From the human T2T-CHM13v2.0 reference genome, Homo sapiens: DNA of 64,000 nucleotides. Below, piece after piece: positions 58,854-64,000 of this stretch. The position numbers were made by a program, and so were the translations under genes. Position 1 is the stretch's first letter. Each line of letters starts with the position of its first letter. A model generated the notes under the pieces. That model saw nothing but the letters and a program-made list of their open reading frames with translations, was not told the DNA's origin and made no database searches. The stretch lies in NCBI RefSeq assembly GCF_009914755.1, contig NC_060946.1. One strand, 5' to 3'.

Positions 58854-59673
58854 ATTTTCTATGCACAAAGGTATTTTTCTAAATAACAGTGGATCTTACC
58901 GCCCACTGTTTTGTAATGTGTTTTGTGTCACTAAATACACTGTGGGCATCTTTTGGTGTAAGAGAAAGTGTGTGTTTGTGTTTCTATCTGATCCTTTTTC
59001 CCTTGCTCTATCTATCGGTCTGTCTATATTTTGTCACTTTTAATGGGAAGTGTATCTCATCAGCGGGAAGGCTGCACTGCACCTCATTAAACCAGTGCCT
59101 CACGACTGGATGTTTTTCTGCTCCTGTAAACAGCAGTGCAGAGAGCAGCTTTGTGCACGGCTGTCTGTGCTCGTGCCTGCTTCCTCGGAATAAAAGCCTA
59201 GAAGTGGAGTCATTAGAGCGAAGCCTGCACCGCACACTTTGAAGGCTCAGGAAGATTTGCTGTGTGGGGGCCCCTGGTACTGTCATGGGGCGTGTGAGGG
59301 GCACTGCTCCCCCACATCCATACCAGCTGTCCCCACAGCCCTTCTCAGAGGTGTCTGCACATCAGTATTAGCAGCTGAGCCTCTTACATTGAGACTCTAA
59401 AATTAAATTTGCATTTGTTTTTATTTACTCAATATCTTCATTTTTTCCCCCCGATTAATCGTACTATATAGAGTCTTAAAAGTACATTTAACCACTGGTC
59501 CCCCAGAAAAGGTCGCTGGTTACAGAAATGCAGGGATTTTTGTTTTGTTTTGTTGCAAAGGAATTTGGGTATTTTTATAAATACCATATATCATTTATGA
59601 AGACTGTAAATCATTAACGTCTTGATGCCCTAGGAGTCGGAGAGGCCCTGGTTTAATTTCTTCAATTTCTATT

Positions 59674-60260
59674 TGTGTGTGGGTGAGTGTGGTTTATGTA
59701 GTCTGGTATGTGTGGTTTATGCAGTCTGTTGGGGGTGTGTGTGTGTGTGTGGTTTATGTAGTCTGGTGGGTGTGTGTGTGTGTGTGTGGTTTATGTAGTC
59801 TGGTGTGTGTGTGTGTGGTTTATGTAGTCTGGTGTGTGTGTGTGGTTTATGTAGTCTGTGTGGTGTGTGTGTGTATTTGTGGTTTACGTAGTCTGTGTGG
59901 TGTGTGGTGTGTGTGGTTTTCGTTGTCTGTGTGGTGTGTGTGTGGTTAAGTAGTCTGTGTGGTGTGTGTGTGGTTTATGCAGTCTGTGTGGTGTGTGTGT
60001 GGTTTATGTAGTCTGTGTGGTGTGATGTGTGTGTGTAGTTTTTGTAGTCTGTGTGGTGTGTGTTGTGTGTGTGGTTTATGCAGTCTGTGGTGGGGGTGTG
60101 TGTGTGTGGTTTTTGTAGTCTGTGTAGTGTGTGGTGTGTGTGTGTGGTTTATGCAGTCTGTGTGGTGTGATGTGTGTGTGTGTGTGTGGTTTTTGTAGTC
60201 TGTGTGGTGTGTGTGTGGTTTTTGTAGTCTGTGTGGTGTGTGTGTGGTGTAGGTGTGTGT
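59674..60260. repeat. (TG)-rich compound minisatellite, core GTGGTTT(A/T)TG(T/C)AGTCTG plus variable (TG)n
   Basis: Read directly; about 17-20 units. Confidence 0.95.
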
Positions 60261-61031
60261 TTTCCCTCCTTTTCCAAACCATTCTTACATTGCGGACAGC
60301 GTCCCAGCTCTGTGATGGTGAGTGAACTCCTCAGCCTCCCTGAGCTTCTGTCCACAGAATTAAACTGGAGGCGATGGGCAGTGTGAGGACTGGGTGAGAT
60401 GGCGCACTGAGATCAAGTGGGCAGGGCTCGGTAGGGGTTAGCACTGCGGATGAGGAGGCGGTGGTGGGGCCTCTGGGCCTCCGTGGGGATTCTGCTCCCT
60501 GCTGAGCTAGACAGCAGGTTGTGGAGAGAGGGCACCACGCTGGGTGCTTGTGAAAGTGGAGGGTCACCCGCTCGCAGCTGGGCCCCCCAGCCCTGCCCTC
60601 TCCTTGTGGCCGTCCCTCCCTCCTTCCTGTGAGCCCGTGTGCTGGGACAGTGAGGAGACACCACGGAAGGAAGAAAAGACTCAGCAGGCTCAGGGCCTGC
60701 GGGAGCAGCGGCGTGGCCACCCCAGACCTCCTGGGGAGAGGTGTGGGTTGGTGCCTTCATTCACGTGGCAGCTTCCATTCCCTGGAAGTTAGTCCATGGA
60801 GACGTGGGCATGGCAGCTCAATGTTGTTCTGCTGGGAAGGTGCCAGCACGCTTAACCAGGGTGCTGTGGGCATGAAGCTTCCATGTGGAGACACACTTAA
60901 AAGAATTCTTCAAACCCGTCTGATCTCCTTAATGATAGGAGTGGCTGGCTGCTTTGTGGTGTGGAAGGCTGAGGGCATGTGACATGGAGGCCAAGTGCCA
61001 TTTGCCCATCAACTGACAGCGTGTTGAATTT

Positions 61032-61297
61032 CCGGGCGCAGTGGCTCATGCCTGCAATCCTAGCAGTTTGGGTGGCCGAGGTGGGTGGATCATGAGGTCA
61101 GGAGTTCAAGACCAGCCTGACCAACATGGTGAAACCCCATCTCTACTAAAAATACAAAAATTGGCGGGTATGGTGGCACGCGCCTGTAATCCCAGCTACT
61201 CAGGAGGCGGAGGCAGAAGAATTGCTTGAACCCAGGAGGCAGAGGTTGCTGTGAGCCGAGGTTGCAGTGAGCCGAGATCGCACCACTGCACTCCAGC
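61032..61297 (+). mobile_element. 3'-truncated Alu with a short internal duplication
   Basis: ccgggcgcagtggctcatgcc ... gttgctgtgagccgag-gttgcagtgagccgag. Confidence 0.88.
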
Positions 61298-61438
61298 AGG
61301 GCCCAGACCCTGTCCTGAGTCCCTTAAGGGACTGTTGCCCACTGGCACTAGCTTTATGCTTTACAGCTCTAGCTGCAGCTCTCCCTGCTAAAGGTCAGGG
61401 CTTCTGATATTGGATGTTTGTGATTTTGACTTTTCATC

Positions 61439-61731
<293 letters not shown>

Positions 61732-61774
61732 TAGAAGTTTTTACTTTTAATTTTTTTAAAAATTCAAATTTAAG

Positions 61775-62215
61775 AATTCTGGAGATTGTTTGTACAATAA
61801 CGTGAATGCACCTAACATGATTGAACTGGACAGTTAAAAGTAGTTAAGATGGTAAATGTTATGGTATATTTTATGGTATATTTTACCACAATTTAAATTA
61901 ATTAAAGAGAAAGGTTAGCATAAGCGAGACACAAAAGATAAATGGATATGCGATTCCACTTACGTGAGATACCCAGAGGAGTCAAATTCATAGAGACAGA
62001 GAGCAGAATGATTGGTGGTTCTCAGGGGCTGGGGGGAAGGTAGAATAGAGAATTGGGGGACAGAGTGTCACTTTGGTAACATGAAGAAGTTCTGGAGATG
62101 GGTGGTGGTGAGGGTGACCCAACAATGAGGATGTACTTAATGCTACTGGCCTGTGCGCTTACACACGGTTAAGATGGTACATTTCAGCTTATGTATATTT
62201 TATCACAATAAAAAA
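61775..62215 (+). mobile_element. L1MB-like 3' end fragments
   Basis: gattccacttacgtgagatacccagaggagtcaaattcatagagacaga ... gttctggagatgggtggtggtg ... ggttaagatggta. Confidence 0.8.
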
Positions 62216-62756
62216 TAAGTTAGCAACATTCAAACAAAAACATTTTAATTTAAATAGCTGCATGTGGCCATTGGCTACCATGTTGCATAGCAGCTCCAGA
62301 GGCCCCCTGGAGAATGGGGCCACAGTCACTGTGGTCTCTGCTGCAAGACAGAGTGGTGAGGGCCACCAGGTCCCAGCTCTGCACCCTGCAGATTTGAATG
62401 AATCCTTCCAGCAGCTGATGCTGATGGAGCACTCACGTGTGCCAGGTGCTCCCTCCCAGCCGTCTCGCTGTGTCTTCACGACAGCCCTGAATGATGGGAG
62501 TCACTACTATCCCTGGGGTCAGGAGTGGGGGACAGTTCCAGAGGCACGGTCCTAGCCAGGCAGCTGCACTCAGCTCCAAACACTCATCATATTTGGTCTT
62601 TGCAGAGCCCCATGTGTTAGAGCCCCCTCCCCTTTTGCTTTTTTCTAGGTTAGGAGCCAGGTCTCAAAAGACTTCACATTCAGGCCTTCACTTGATTCCA
62701 GATTCTCCTGCCTAAAGTGAGAGGAGGGATGGATTGCTTTACTTTAAAATATTTCC

Positions 62757-63063
62757 AGCTGGGTACAGTGGCTCCCACCCGTAATCCCAGCACTTTGGGA
62801 GGCTGAGGCAAGTAGATCACTTGAGCCCAGGAATTTGAGACCAGCCTGGGCAACATGGTGAAACCCTGTCTCTACAAAAAATACAAAAATTAGCCGGGCA
62901 TGGTGGTGCGTGCCTGTAGTCCCAGCTACTTGGGAGGCTGAGGTGGGAGAATCGCCTCAGGGAGGATCACCTGAGCCTGGGAGGCCGAGCTGCAGTGAGC
63001 CTTGATTGCATCAGTGCACTCCAGCCTGGGTGACAGAGTGAGACCCTGTCTCAGAAGAAAAAA
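62757..63063 (+). mobile_element. Alu (AluJ-like) ending about 78 nt upstream of exon 11
   Basis: gctgggtacagtggctcccacccgtaatcccagcac ... gagaccctgtctcagaa. Confidence 0.9.
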
Positions 63064-63141
63064 TATGCCCCCCTTAAGTTTGTGCAAAGCATTTGCCAAC
63101 TCCTTACCCTGCCCGGAAACATCACAAGTCTTTCTCTGCAG

Positions 63142-63243
63142 TTTGCAGATGGCGTGTACCTGGTTCTGCTCATGGGCCTTCTGGAAGACTACTTTGTTCC
63201 TCTCCACCACTTCTACCTGACTCCGGAAAGCTTCGATCAGAAG
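63142..63243 (+). CDS. PARVB: beta-parvin exon 11 (102 bp; FADGVYLVLLMGLLEDYFVPLHHFYLTPESFDQK), CH2 domain
   Basis: ctttctctgcag|TTT ... AAG|gtatgt. Confidence 0.97.
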
Positions 63244-64000
63244 GTATGTGCATGGTCTCCATCCTTGGTAGGGGCTCAAGAAATGCTCATTGAAATGCAG
63301 AGCATAGACTATCCCGGCAGCTCTTCCTGCAGCCTGGCTGCATTCTTCAGAAAGTAAAAAATGCACAAGTGATATTGCAATTAGATGTAACTCTCAGCAA
63401 AAGAAATAAGAAGCCCATCAGCCGTCCACAACGCATCCGAGTTTTGTTTGCCACATTTTCTTTGCGGTCTTTTCCATGGGACCGTGTAGTTTTTAATAAT
63501 TGTGATCACATCTCGGTAGAGTTGTAAACCCTTCCCCCATTCTGCTGCAGCTCCACCACCTGTGGTTTTCCCTGCTGCTTCCCAAGCTTTCCAAATACCA
63601 TCTCCAGTGGTGGCACGAAGTCCCAAGGATGGCTCTGTTACCAGCGTCTTTCCATTCCCCATTCTTGGGCAGTCAACTTGAACATGTTTCTATTGTTTTT
63701 CCCTACTGAAACAACAGAGCATCTTTTTGATACAGATTTTTTTTTTCATTCCTGTGGATTGTTTTCTTAGGAAAATTTCTCAAATAGGGTCAAATTTGGG
63801 GCATTCCTTTCAATCTGGGCTGGCCCACGCCACCCGGTCCCGCTGTCACTGCCCTCGTGCGTGGGCCTCTCCCTGCTGTCTGCCCTCTGTCCAGGGCTTC
63901 CCGCAGCCAAGCCTCTCACAGCAGTATTTAGCACATTGCCTTTAAAAACTTGGCCATGGATGGTCTATGTTGCTTTGGATTCATGGGCATCTGTCATTTT

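Noticed and set aside
63142-63148. Alternative acceptor TTTGCAG 7 nt inside exon 11
   Set aside because: It would shift the frame; the upstream CAG gives the conserved FADGVYL

Overview
Human (primate) genomic DNA covering the internal part of the beta-parvin gene PARVB on the + strand. Nine GT-AG coding exons (exons 3-11 of the canonical model, numbering recalled; 5819-63243) splice into one open frame, ...EENEERTMIDPTSKEDPKFKELVK...FADGVYLVLLMGLLEDYFVPLHHFYLTPESFDQK, spanning calponin-homology domain 1, the linker and most of domain 2. Start and stop codons lie outside the window. Almost all ORFs in the supplied track are spurious (Alu, simple repeat or GC-rich intron). The introns hold about 35 Alus (including a young 5'-truncated AluYa5), LTRs (solo LTR7/HERV-H with a perfect TSD, MER21, MER76, MLT1, MLT2), L1 fragments and several tandem repeats. 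The most notable non-obvious elements are: (1) a selenocysteine-tRNA (UCA) copy fused between two Alus in intron 9; (2) a 2.85-kb L1-derived VNTR in intron 3 whose 4-bp unit variants create about 25 perfect TACTAAC (branch point/QKI/SF1) motifs and about 28 A|GTAAGG donor-like motifs on the sense strand, often arranged as a cryptic 15-nt stop-containing micro-exon; (3) a fossil hAT transposase on the minus strand of intron 4. Repeat family names are recalled from memory and repeat boundaries are approximate unless a TSD is quoted.
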